Origin: a virus | Lineage: Duplodnaviria > Caudoviricetes | Direction: 5' to 3' (one strand) | DNA length: 55,527 nucleotides | Virus record (IMG/VR): IMGVR_UViG_3300046729_000010 | Coordinates: 1 to 55,527 of that record | Made by a program: the position numbers and the translations under genes | Part shown: in pieces, positions 1-8,320 of the stretch | Position numbering within the stretch: position 1 is the first letter of the stretch | Layout of the letters: every line of letters begins with the position of its first letter | The notes under the pieces: model-generated | The model's database searches: none | The model's input: the letters and a program-made list of their open reading frames with translations, nothing else | Told to the model about the DNA's origin: nothing

Positions 1-23
1 CCTATGCACCAGGAAGACGAACA

Positions 24-428
24 TCAGGTAAGCCTCAGGGGTGGAACTGCTACGGACTCAGCAGGGTGAGGCTTGGATGTCCGACTCCCTAGGGCCGGAC
101 CCTCACCCTGCTCAGCCCGCAACGTTTCACCCGCAGCCAAGTGGCAGTCGTTGCAGAGCATGCGAAGCTTCTCTACTCGGTGGTCTGACCGGTCTCCCTC
201 CAAGTGATGGCACTCGAGTGGTGCATCCTTCGTGGGCCTGGCCCCACATTGCTCGCACTTGCCTCGAGCGATACGGTACCGCTCCCGGCGAGCACGCTTG
301 TACTCCGCGGACCAGCGAGGGTCAGATGGCGCACACTCGGGACAGTAGCGGTCATGTCCGTGCCGGCGCTGCCACTCCTTGGGCTCGAACAGGGAGTTAC
401 ATCCGTTGCAGAACTTGAGCCGAGTCAC
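24..428 (-). CDS. HNH endonuclease (terminase-associated)
   Basis: CEQCG...ECHHL...NDCHL HNH/Zn motif; GTG start at 428 overlaps the upstream stop; lies at the genome end opposite terS. Confidence 0.85.
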   Translation of the reverse strand: MTRLKFCNGCNSLFEPKEWQRRHGHDRYCPECAPSDPRWSAEYKRARRERYRIARGKCEQCGARPTKDAPLECHHLEGDRSDHRVEKLRMLCNDCHLAAGETLRAEQGEGPALGSRTSKPHPAESVAVPPLRLT

Positions 429-634
429 TCCGGATCCTCCGGCACCTGTTCCGGGAACAGGAAGCGCTTCTGGAAGTCGAGCGCAAGCTTGGTCGCTTCC
501 CACTCCGCGACGCCCTCTGCCAGCAACGTAGCGTAGTAGGCTCCAATGATACGAGCCTTCTGCTTCGTCTCGGCATGCACCTGATCATGCAACGCTACCA
601 GATCGGGGCCGGTGGGTCGAGGAGTGGGGTCCAC
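425..634 (-). CDS. hypothetical protein
   Basis: 3' part of ORF 425..1060; coupled to neighbours; start uncertain (GTG 634 or TTG 640). Confidence 0.55.
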   Translation of the reverse strand: MDPTPRPTGPDLVALHDQVHAETKQKARIIGAYYATLLAEGVAEWEATKLALDFQKRFLFPEQVPEDPE

Positions 635-636
635 CC

Positions 637-897
637 TCAAAGACACTCCCCGACGAGGTCTGCAGGCTTGCCATCGTCGATCGAGGGATCGTACGAGCGC
701 CAGATCAGGTGCACCTTGTGACGAGCCCCACAGGCGCTGCAATTGAGGTCGACCACCCGAGGGTGGCCGAGACTCGAGTCGGCGACCCTCACACGAACCA
801 GACGGTCGGCTCGTCCACACCCATAGAACCCGACTTTCGGTCGAGTTCCCCGTCGGTGCTTTTGATCGAACGAGCTCACCAGGGCAGCATACCCCAA
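637..897 (-). CDS. hypothetical Cys-containing protein
   Basis: CSAC motif; same orientation as flanking genes; start uncertain. Confidence 0.4.
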   Translation of the reverse strand: MGYAALVSSFDQKHRRGTRPKVGFYGCGRADRLVRVRVADSSLGHPRVVDLNCSACGARHKVHLIWRSYDPSIDDGKPADLVGECL

Positions 898-1006
898 ACA
901 CGCGGGAGACCGACAACGCGATCATTTTATTCACTATGTAGCATCCGAGGCCACCCCTACCAGGTGCCGTAGCCCGCGGAGGCACCCCCGTAGGGGGGAG
1001 GGCCGC

Positions 1007-1200
1007 AAAAAGTAGAAAGCCCTGCAAATCACTACTTTTTCGAAGGATAGTACCATCCAAGTCAAAAAGTAGGAAAACCCCTGCAAATCACTACTTTTTG
1101 GGCTTCGACCTTTTTGCCGGGCTCAAAAAGTAGGGTTTTGCGCTGCAAAAACGTACTTTTTGAGCTCAAAAAGCGGATCCAAAAAGTCAAAAAGTAGGGG
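1007..1200. repeat. putative replication origin: three palindromic AT-rich units
   Basis: AAAAAGTAG(1007-1015)/CTACTTTTT(1032-1040); CAAAAAGTAG(1063-1072)/CTACTTTTTG(1091-1100); GCTCAAAAAGTA(1121-1132)/TACTTTTTGAGC(1154-1165); CTGCAAA in each spacer; directly downstream of the primase-helicase. Confidence 0.7.
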
Positions 1201-1207
1201 TGGTTGA

Positions 1208-3100
1208 TCACTTCTTAGACCGCCAGAAGTACACCTTGCGCTGACCCTCCGTACGCAAGCCCAAGCCTGGTGTCACGGGCAGTGCCGCGTACTCCTGGAC
1301 CTTGCCGGTGAGTCTCTTCGTATCACCCTTGATGCCCAGGTCCCGGAGACGGGCAAGCAGCTCCACTTGGACGATCTCACCCTCCGTCTGCACGATCTCG
1401 TAGACGTAGGCCTTGAGCTGTTTGTCCTGTTCAACGCGCTCGTGATCACGGTGCTCACCAGCACTCTCGCCAGCCTTGAGCATCCACCGTTCCTCGTCCC
1501 ACTCCAGGTCGAACCGCTCGAGGTCCACATCACGTCCCTTGCCCCAGAGTGTGCGCTGATTCGTTACGTCATCCCGAGAGAGGTACCAGCCAGCGTCCAT
1601 CCAGTCCTCGAGGCGTGTTGCCCCACGACCCCGGCCCTCGGTCAGCCGGCCCTCGTGGTGCGTCAACATGAGCTCGCCGATGCCCGCCTTGAGCTTCACC
1701 TGGTCCAGGGCCGACGTGAACGCCGCGACGAGCGCGTTGTCGTTCTCGTTGTCCACGAGTCCCTGCCACGCGACCACCGTCGGGTCCATGATCCAGTAGG
1801 CGATCTCTCGCTCCACCATCCACTCGACAAGGCGGTCCTGAGCCTTAGGCTCCCATAGGGGCAGGATTGGCTCTCCCCGCCTGTGGAGCGGGAAGATGCG
1901 GTCGGTGTTCGAGATGCCGAGCTTGCGAACGTGTCGTCGCCACTGAGAGGGCGTCTCCTCGTAATTGACGACGCAGATGTTGCCCTCAAACGGCTCGATC
2001 CCGTATCTGCCGAGGAACGGTTGCTCATCCGCCAGAGCTCTCAGCAGGTTCAGAGTTAGGGTCGTCTTGCCCGACTTGTAGGCGGCCACCAGCAGGACGT
2101 TGCCGCCCACCGGATGCATCTGGTCGATGCGGAACACCTCGTCAAGGTCGGGCAACTGGAGCTCTTGCGACAGAGACCACTTCTCAGCCGGTAGACCCAG
2201 GTCCTCCGGGACATTGCGAGCCGCAAGCCTGCGCCGGGCTTCCTCACGCACCTCAGAGGCGTAGACGGCCGCTTTGACGTCTGTCTCGAAGTCCCCCGTC
2301 TGGCGCGACGCCCTGTCCTTCCCCTTGATGGCGGGTTCGATGACCCTGCGCATCAGCCAGGTCGAGCCCGTATCGGGATGGTCCCACTTATCGCGCAACA
2401 GAGCGGACTGGCGCATCAGGCGGTCCAGTTGGGCCACATCCACCGTTCGAGCAGCAAACATGTTGCAGAGCGCTAGGTCCGCCCTCGAGGTGTCGTTCTC
2501 GTACTCAGACGTGTCACCGTCGTCGAACAAGTTGGCGAACGCGGCGGAATGGCGCCGGCACCGATCGATGATGCGGTCATCCACGCTGGTGTCCACGAAC
2601 TCGAGCGATGCGATCTGAGACTCTCGGATAGGCAGCCCGTTGACGGACTCGCCGGTGAACGTAAAGTAGCGGCCTTGGTCATAGACCTCAAAGTTACCAC
2701 CCCAAGGGGTCTTTGAGGTGCGCCGGCCAGCACCACCGAGCTCGCCCTTGAGGATCACATGCACGCCCGTGCCCGAGGGCGAGAGCTCAGCATACGAGCC
2801 GATCGCCTCGATGATCCTCGCAGCCTCAGGGTGGAGTTTTCCCTCACCGATGAAGCAGTTATCGAGATCGACTCCGCAGTAAGGGTCGTCCTCCGAGAAC
2901 ACGAACCCGATGCCATCGGCGTGGTACCGGCTCTGACCCTTGATGGCGTCCTTGTACGAAGCCCAGTCCTCCCGCTTCGTGGTTGACGCGAGACGGCCGT
3001 CTCGAGCCCTGTGGGGCACCTTGGTCGTCTTGCCCTTCCGGGTCAAGAGTCTCCAGATAACCCACTGGTCCAGAGCGGCGAGCTCTTCGGGTACGGTCAA
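1208..3100 (-). CDS. AEP-type primase-polymerase fused to AAA_25/RepA-like helicase
   Basis: N-terminal QWVIW...KVP...GIGFVF...GVDLDNC...YAELSPSGTGVH...EVYDQGRYFTFTG; C-terminal Walker A AAYKSGKTT, Walker B WIMDP, THH, RGATRL. Confidence 0.9.
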   Translation of the reverse strand: MTVPEELAALDQWVIWRLLTRKGKTTKVPHRARDGRLASTTKREDWASYKDAIKGQSRYHADGIGFVFSEDDPYCGVDLDNCFIGEGKLHPEAARIIEAIGSYAELSPSGTGVHVILKGELGGAGRRTSKTPWGGNFEVYDQGRYFTFTGESVNGLPIRESQIASLEFVDTSVDDRIIDRCRRHSAAFANLFDDGDTSEYENDTSRADLALCNMFAARTVDVAQLDRLMRQSALLRDKWDHPDTGSTWLMRRVIEPAIKGKDRASRQTGDFETDVKAAVYASEVREEARRRLAARNVPEDLGLPAEKWSLSQELQLPDLDEVFRIDQMHPVGGNVLLVAAYKSGKTTLTLNLLRALADEQPFLGRYGIEPFEGNICVVNYEETPSQWRRHVRKLGISNTDRIFPLHRRGEPILPLWEPKAQDRLVEWMVEREIAYWIMDPTVVAWQGLVDNENDNALVAAFTSALDQVKLKAGIGELMLTHHEGRLTEGRGRGATRLEDWMDAGWYLSRDDVTNQRTLWGKGRDVDLERFDLEWDEERWMLKAGESAGEHRDHERVEQDKQLKAYVYEIVQTEGEIVQVELLARLRDLGIKGDTKRLTGKVQEYAALPVTPGLGLRTEGQRKVYFWRSKK

Positions 3101-3400
3101 GTCCTTTGTACCTCCCTGCTCCTTTGCAAATGAAGCGTGACGGAGTCGTAGGCGCCCTGCCGGGCGCGCTGGCCACCCTACGCCCTATCACTCCACTTTT
3201 CAAGCACGCAAAGACCGCCGCTCCTGGGGAAGGACTTGGGACCTCAGGAGCGACGGCCATGCGGAGCGCGAGCAAATCCAGTGACCGTATTCACGTCGGG
3301 AAGGAGAACGTGAGCGATCGGCTGAACCCGGCAGGGTACCCGGCGCCAGCCCAGCCTACAGCACGTCCGCCGGGCTCATCAAGCCTCAACCGCCAATCTG

Positions 3401-3429
3401 TTGACTTCAGGCTCAGGATGCTGTATGCG
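3401..3429 (+). promoter_or_regulatory. putative sigmaA-like promoter
   Basis: TTGACT-17 nt-TATGCG upstream of a structured leader and gene 3603; -10 is weak. Confidence 0.4.
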
Positions 3430-3602
3430 CGCGCGCCCGCGTCTATCCGCCGGAGCCAACCAGCCGCGCAGAAGCGAGCTTCTGAAATCTTTAGGCTCCC
3501 AACTGTTGTCTTCTTCGCGGGATAGGCCGATGATGCCCTTAGTCGAGTCCACCGGGTCCAAACAGAGGCCCAGGACAAATCAACCCAAAAGGAGCCACTC
3601 TC

Positions 3603-4181
3603 ATGGCCGACGCACCCGCTACAACCCGTACCCGCACCCGCCGCGCCTCTTCGGCGAAGGCCGACACGACCGCGGCCGAGAACGACACCGCTGCCGCGCA
3701 GGCCGCGGAGAAGGCTGCCGAGGACGCGGCCAAGAAGGAGGCCCGCGACAAGGAGGCCGCCGAGAAGAAGGCCGAGCGCGAGGCCGAGGCGGCCGCCAAG
3801 AAGGAGCAGAAGGAGAAGGAGAAGGCCGAGGCGAAGGCCGCGAAGGAGGCCGAGCGCGCCAGCGAGCGTCAGGCCCTCATCGACTCCGGCGACCTGATCG
3901 AGGTCGAGGACGACGACAGCAACGTCACCACGTTCGTCACGTCCGAGCCCAAGAAGGACGCAGTCGCGCAGCGCGCGCTCGAGGTCATCGAGGTGCTGAA
4001 GGCGGACGGTCGCGAGATCCCCGTCGCCGGCAAGGAGCTGGCCGACCGCTTCGGTGGCGGGACCGTCCAGTGGGTCGCGTTCTTCGGGATGCTGCGTGTC
4101 CTCGGACTCGTGAAGGTCTACCGCTTCCGCACCGGTGAGCGCGGCGGCTCGGGCCTTTCATACCTCTGGATCGGGGACTGA
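3603..4181 (+). CDS. Ala/Lys/Glu-rich protein with C-terminal winged-HTH-like domain
   Basis: AAGGAG RBS; strongly biased codons; AKE-rich helix then KELADRFGG...LRVLGLVKVYR. Confidence 0.75.
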   Translation: MADAPATTRTRTRRASSAKADTTAAENDTAAAQAAEKAAEDAAKKEARDKEAAEKKAEREAEAAAKKEQKEKEKAEAKAAKEAERASERQALIDSGDLIEVEDDDSNVTTFVTSEPKKDAVAQRALEVIEVLKADGREIPVAGKELADRFGGGTVQWVAFFGMLRVLGLVKVYRFRTGERGGSGLSYLWIGD

Positions 4182-4224
4182 CCTCTCCGCACGAGAGCTC
4201 GTCGGGCATCCAGTAGAAACCACG

Positions 4225-4255
4225 GGGCCGCTCCGAAATGGGCGGCCCTAGGTTT
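4225..4255 (+). terminator. putative terminator hairpin
   Basis: GGGCCGCTC-CGAAAT-GGGCGGCCC followed by TAGGTTT, after gene 3603. Confidence 0.5.
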
Positions 4256-4270
4256 AGCCTGAATCGACCG

Positions 4271-4338
4271 TTGCCTTCCGAAGCGCGTAGGGTGTACGTT
4301 GCAGCGGCAGCAGTCAACCAACCCCAAGGAGAGCCATC
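4271..4338 (+). promoter_or_regulatory. promoter/leader cassette (variant without leader ATG)
   Basis: TTGCCT-18-TACGTT...CAGTCAACCAACCCCAAGGAGAGCCATC-ATG. Confidence 0.65.
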
Positions 4339-4617
4339 ATGAAGAAGACAGCATCAACCCTCGCAGTGATCGCAGCGCTGGGACTCGGTCTCAGCGCCTG
4401 TGGAGGCCAGAGCTCGTCTCAGGCCGGCCACACTCGCTCAGCAACACCCTGCCTCGTGGACCTGGGCCAGGGCTGCAGGAGCGACGGAAGCCCCGTCGGA
4501 GGACCCACAGCGGGCCAGGAGGCCGACCACCAGCGCCGACTCGATGCGGCCGCGGACGACGTCACGTACAACGCCGAGGTCGAGCGCTGGAACACCACGT
4601 ATCCGAACCTGCCATGA
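4339..4617 (+). CDS. lipoprotein
   Basis: MKK, hydrophobic stretch, lipobox LSA-C; strong RBS. Confidence 0.75.
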   Translation: MKKTASTLAVIAALGLGLSACGGQSSSQAGHTRSATPCLVDLGQGCRSDGSPVGGPTAGQEADHQRRLDAAADDVTYNAEVERWNTTYPNLP

Positions 4618-4889
4618 CCGTCGAGGAACTGCTCACGGAGCTCGGCTTCCTAAACGCCGGAGAGTCGAGAGATCACGACAACTGCATCGGTATGTATGAC
4701 CGTGCAAACCTGGACGCTCATCTCAGGTACAACCTCGGGTGCGCCGGACTAGACCAGGATGCCGGAGAGCTCGTAGCCGACTTGGCTCGAGACCTGGAGC
4801 CCGACCCTGGAAGCCATGAGGACCCTGGATCGAAATGGGAAGTCGAGGCAGCGATGCTGGAGGACCTCGAGGGTAAGGACCGTGTCTAA
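4614..4889 (+). CDS. hypothetical protein
   Basis: ATGA overlap with upstream gene. Confidence 0.6.
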   Translation: MTVEELLTELGFLNAGESRDHDNCIGMYDRANLDAHLRYNLGCAGLDQDAGELVADLARDLEPDPGSHEDPGSKWEVEAAMLEDLEGKDRV

Positions 4890-5220
4890 GACCCGGAAGA
4901 AACGCCCCGGCGGCAATCCAGCGAAGGAAGGCCCAAGAGTGGCCAAGCTAGAGCGCCGCATCGCTGATCTGGAGCGTCTTCGCGACAGCCTCGATGCGCA
5001 GCTGGAGCGCGAGCGTCTCGACCGTCAGCAGGAACGTCAGTGGGAGCGCGGAAGCACCGTCGCCGTGAACACGGGGCCGAATCTCGTGACGCCACTCGCG
5101 CAGCGGTCATCATCTGACCCTGTCCTGCGTCTCGTGATCGATCCCGAACTGTTTGGGCGGGAGGTCGATAAGGCGGTGGCAGAGTTCGAGGTCAGACTAC
5201 GACCAAAGAGCGACCGATGA
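4882..5220 (+). CDS. hypothetical coiled-coil protein
   Basis: GTG start after AAGGA; LERRIADLERLRDSLDAQLE heptads. Confidence 0.55.
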   Translation: MSKTRKKRPGGNPAKEGPRVAKLERRIADLERLRDSLDAQLERERLDRQQERQWERGSTVAVNTGPNLVTPLAQRSSSDPVLRLVIDPELFGREVDKAVAEFEVRLRPKSDR

Positions 5221-5444
5221 CACTTCACGGACCCGATGAATCACGCGTGCGATTCATGTGTAGCGACAACGACGGTCTCTGGATCGAGAGCGAGGAGGCG
5301 ATCCACGTGGGTCGTGAATCCGACCGTCCGGATGCGCCCGATTGGCACGTGTTCCGGGTCGGCACCCAGATCATCGCGCTGTGGAACCCGTTCGATCGCG
5401 GTATCGTCGAGAAGGTGGAGCTTGGTGCCCCTCCTACGCTGTGA
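5217..5444 (+). CDS. hypothetical protein
   Basis: ATGA overlap. Confidence 0.55.
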   Translation: MTLHGPDESRVRFMCSDNDGLWIESEEAIHVGRESDRPDAPDWHVFRVGTQIIALWNPFDRGIVEKVELGAPPTL

Positions 5445-5457
5445 GCTCCTGACACCA

Positions 5458-5775
5458 GTGAGCGACGCGGACGCGGACCGCCTGGAAGACGAGGGAGCAA
5501 CTATCGAGTGCTGGAATGACCAGGCATTCGTTGTCGAGACAATCGTGCTACCCACAACACATCGTGTGATCGGTCCTCAGGACCCTCCTCGTTTCAAGCT
5601 CACGCGCGACGAACGCAATCCTCACAACCGGGACGGTCCGTTCCACCGTGCCGAGTGGGATGCGTGCAGCTTTGACAAGTTCAAGGACAGCATAGTCGGT
5701 CGGATGATGCGATTCAGCGTCGACGACGGGGGCGAGGAGCCACGTAGCTTGACCAGCGGGCCAGAGAACCCGTAG
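5458..5775 (+). CDS. hypothetical protein
   Basis: 3' part of ORF 5236..5775; start uncertain. Confidence 0.45.
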   Translation: MSDADADRLEDEGATIECWNDQAFVVETIVLPTTHRVIGPQDPPRFKLTRDERNPHNRDGPFHRAEWDACSFDKFKDSIVGRMMRFSVDDGGEEPRSLTSGPENP

Positions 5776-5778
5776 GGT
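5749..5778 (+). promoter_or_regulatory. putative sigmaA-like promoter of the Rpf-like gene
   Basis: TTGACC-18-TAGGGT. Confidence 0.5.
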
Positions 5779-5910
5779 CCGCAAGGTCTCGTCAAACAAC
5801 CAGTAACAAGGAGGTTCGCCACCGGCCAGCTGCCCGCCCGCGGTCAGGGGCTAGGCTCGAGGAAGTAACAAGGGTACTCGAGCAACGTAGGGCGCTGGAC
5901 GAGGCTGCTC

Positions 5911-6381
5911 ATGGCACGTAAGTGGACGTTGTGCGCCACACTCATCACGCTGCTGACGCTCACTGCGCCGGCGGACGGGCTCTCGAGGACGGTCCAAGAC
6001 CCATCGATGAAGCCGCATCACCGAACACCCGCTGAGCTCTGCTGGCGTATCACGTGCAAGCGCCGAGTCGCCAAGAAAGCGATCGTGCAGCACTGGCATG
6101 CTCGAGTTCAGGCCTATGGACCCGGGCTGTTGCAAGCCCGTGTGGCCTGCGAGTCGTTGTCCTCCGGCGGATACAACCTGAGCACGACCGGGAACGGATT
6201 CTGGTTCGCTCATCAGTTCACTCCTCCCACGTGGCACGCGGCTGGTGGCCGGTTGGCCTACGGCAGCAGCGGTCGTCCCGTGGGTGTCTGGAGCCCGCAG
6301 CCATCGAGGCTCGAGCAGGACTTCCGGGCGGTCGTCGCAGACGAGCAGAGCCCTGGAGATCCCTGGCCCAACTGTCCCTGA
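5911..6381 (+). CDS. secreted Rpf-like (resuscitation-promoting factor/transglycosylase) protein
   Basis: Signal peptide; ACES..GG..TTGNGFW.AHQFTPPTWHAAGG...SRLEQ...WPNC matches the Rpf motif CESGG..NTGNGYYGGLQF...TW..GG...EQ...WPxC. Confidence 0.75.
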   Translation: MARKWTLCATLITLLTLTAPADGLSRTVQDPSMKPHHRTPAELCWRITCKRRVAKKAIVQHWHARVQAYGPGLLQARVACESLSSGGYNLSTTGNGFWFAHQFTPPTWHAAGGRLAYGSSGRPVGVWSPQPSRLEQDFRAVVADEQSPGDPWPNCP

Positions 6382-6421
6382 AAGGAGGACGAAGGATCGC
6401 TTCTCTGTTAGTAGCATTTTG

Positions 6422-6470
6422 TTGACCAATCGGGCCCGGCAGGGATACGATGTCGGGCCCGGAAGGTCAG
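6422..6470 (+). promoter_or_regulatory. promoter with overlapping palindrome
   Basis: TTGACC-18-TACGAT; TGACC-AAT-CGGGCCCG...CGGGCCCG-GAA-GGTCA symmetry. Confidence 0.6.
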
Positions 6471-6504
6471 CACAACTAGTTACAACACCCGGCAGGAGGA
6501 CCTT

Positions 6505-6732
6505 ATGTCAGACCCCGTACTGGGCATCGTTAGCAGCCATGTGCTGCAAGCGCTCCAGATCGGAGGACCGCAAACTGTAGAGCAACTCGCGACTCGGTGC
6601 GGTATTCCCACTCCGCACATCCGAGCTACCGTGAGCGAGCTCTGCTACGTCAACAGGCTCGTCACCTGTAGAGACGGTCGGCGATTCGAAGTAGGCCCAC
6701 CGCCCGACTCATGGCCGAAGCCGAAGCGATGA
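6505..6732 (+). CDS. small winged-HTH DNA-binding protein
   Basis: GGAGG RBS; GPQTVEQLATRCGIPTPHIRATVSEL. Confidence 0.65.
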   Translation: MSDPVLGIVSSHVLQALQIGGPQTVEQLATRCGIPTPHIRATVSELCYVNRLVTCRDGRRFEVGPPPDSWPKPKR

Positions 6733-6941
6733 GCACCCTGTATCTGGCCGCTCACGCGGCGACATCGATTGGGGCGCTGTGGGCCGTGTGGAATGTTCTC
6801 CATCCCAAGAACCGGCAGCCGTTTACCGATGCGGCTCAGGAACTGCACCTGGACACGCTCGCGACCGAACTCGGAGCTCAGGGCGTCCAGACGTTCGTCG
6901 TGTGGCAAGACGGCTCAATCACGACCCACAGCCGCAACTGA
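6729..6941 (+). CDS. hypothetical protein with N-terminal hydrophobic segment
   Basis: ATGA overlap. Confidence 0.55.
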   Translation: MSTLYLAAHAATSIGALWAVWNVLHPKNRQPFTDAAQELHLDTLATELGAQGVQTFVVWQDGSITTHSRN

Positions 6942-6942
6942 C

Positions 6943-7167
6943 ATGCGCGCGTACAGAGACGGCAAAGCTATCCTCGTCTGCGACGGTTGTTTCCAGCAGA
7001 TTCGGACCGTCACAAAGACGCAGGCCAAGACTAACGGTGGCCTGGCTGCTCATGCGGAATGTCACAAGCTCATCAAGGCTCCGTCTGAGCCTGGCTTCTG
7101 CAGAGGCTGCGGCTTTCGACTAAGCTCAGACCCGAGCGACCTCAGCCACGCAAAGTGCGATGGCTGA
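6943..7167 (+). CDS. hypothetical Zn-finger-like protein
   Basis: CDGC, HAECH, CRGC. Confidence 0.55.
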   Translation: MRAYRDGKAILVCDGCFQQIRTVTKTQAKTNGGLAAHAECHKLIKAPSEPGFCRGCGFRLSSDPSDLSHAKCDG

Positions 7168-8038
7168 GCTCCTCAGCAGCTATCACCGAGATCTGGCTCC
7201 ACCCGTTCTGATCGTCAAGTGCCCCGGCGGGGGTGGCCACTACTGGGCACGTCTCAACACGAAGTGGTGCTCGGACACGAGGGTGAACACTCGAGAGCGG
7301 CATTGGTGCTCCAATCATCAGGTCGAGAAAGAGGCAGCGGTCAAGTCCAAGCTCGCGGAGAGCAGTCGGCAGCGAGCTCGGGCTTACGGAGAGCTGCCAC
7401 TACCCCAAACAAAGCGCTGCTGCAACCCCGAGCCAACGAGCCATCGTCCAGGAGCGGTGCTGCCCAGTAGCAAGTTCTACCGTCGCAGGGGCAAGGGTGT
7501 GAATGCGGATCGGGACGTGCTGGACAGCCGATGCAGGGACTGTCGAGCGGAAGAGGCTCGAGTGCGTCGCGAGGGCTGGGACCGTGACCAGCGAGAGGCT
7601 GAGCGGGTCCGTCGAAACAACCTCACCAGGGAGCGCCGACGCAGGGGCAAGGAGGTACTGGCCAAGGAGAGGGACCACCAGTACCCCGTAGGCCCGCTTG
7701 CGCGGCTGCTTAGGGACCTGAGGCTCGAGTTCGGAAGTTTGAACACGATCGCCCAGTCTGCAGGCGTAGACGAAGCTCAGCTACGTAGGTGCGTGAAGGG
7801 CACCAAGAAGTACATCGGTCGCAAAGCGATCGACAACATTCTCGTCGCTGTGGGCCGGCCAGACGCGTTCGCAACGCTCTATCCGTTCGACGAGCACGAA
7901 GGGGCTCCGAAGCCGAGGAGGGCGCGCTCAGTCGGGCGGGCGCAGAGTGTCGACGATGGTGAGAACAGCGGCCACGAACAACACGATCAGAAGCGCGATG
8001 ACGAACTGGATCCAGAAGTCGTTCAGGGGGAACGGTAG
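7160..8038 (+). CDS. Cys-rich protein with C-terminal HTH-like region
   Basis: TKRCC...SKFYRR...SRCRDC Zn-ribbon; SLNTIAQSAGVDEAQLRR HTH-like. Confidence 0.6.
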   Translation: MAELLSSYHRDLAPPVLIVKCPGGGGHYWARLNTKWCSDTRVNTRERHWCSNHQVEKEAAVKSKLAESSRQRARAYGELPLPQTKRCCNPEPTSHRPGAVLPSSKFYRRRGKGVNADRDVLDSRCRDCRAEEARVRREGWDRDQREAERVRRNNLTRERRRRGKEVLAKERDHQYPVGPLARLLRDLRLEFGSLNTIAQSAGVDEAQLRRCVKGTKKYIGRKAIDNILVAVGRPDAFATLYPFDEHEGAPKPRRARSVGRAQSVDDGENSGHEQHDQKRDDELDPEVVQGER

Positions 8039-8252
8039 GATAGTCGCCGAGCAGGCCCATTGAACCGTCCCAAAGGAGAAATGGATCGGTCCTGGCTTTA
8101 CGCGCGCCAACCCACAACGCGACCTGCTCGACGACTTCGCGCGACCGGACACGAGCTTGAGGTCAGGGGTCCGGAACCGCACGTGCTCTGCAGGGTAGGG
8201 ACCGCCTCCGGAGGCCATCAAGGGACAACTACAGGATCCAGTCAACTGCTAC

Positions 8253-8320
8253 TTGACTTCCTCACCGGGCAGGACTACGCTTCCGAGCGAGGTCAGTACC
8301 CAACCCTAAGGAGACGGAAG
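8253..8320 (+). promoter_or_regulatory. promoter/leader cassette (variant without leader ATG)
   Basis: TTGACT-17-TACGCT...GAGGTCAGTACCCAACCCTAAGGAGA. Confidence 0.65.

Noticed and set aside
1007-1200. CRISPR array
   Set aside because: Units are irregular palindromes with similar rather than unique spacers, and there is no cas operon.
5803-5873. 16S rRNA fragment (GTAACAAGG)
   Set aside because: Only 9 nt match and the flanks are not rRNA-like.
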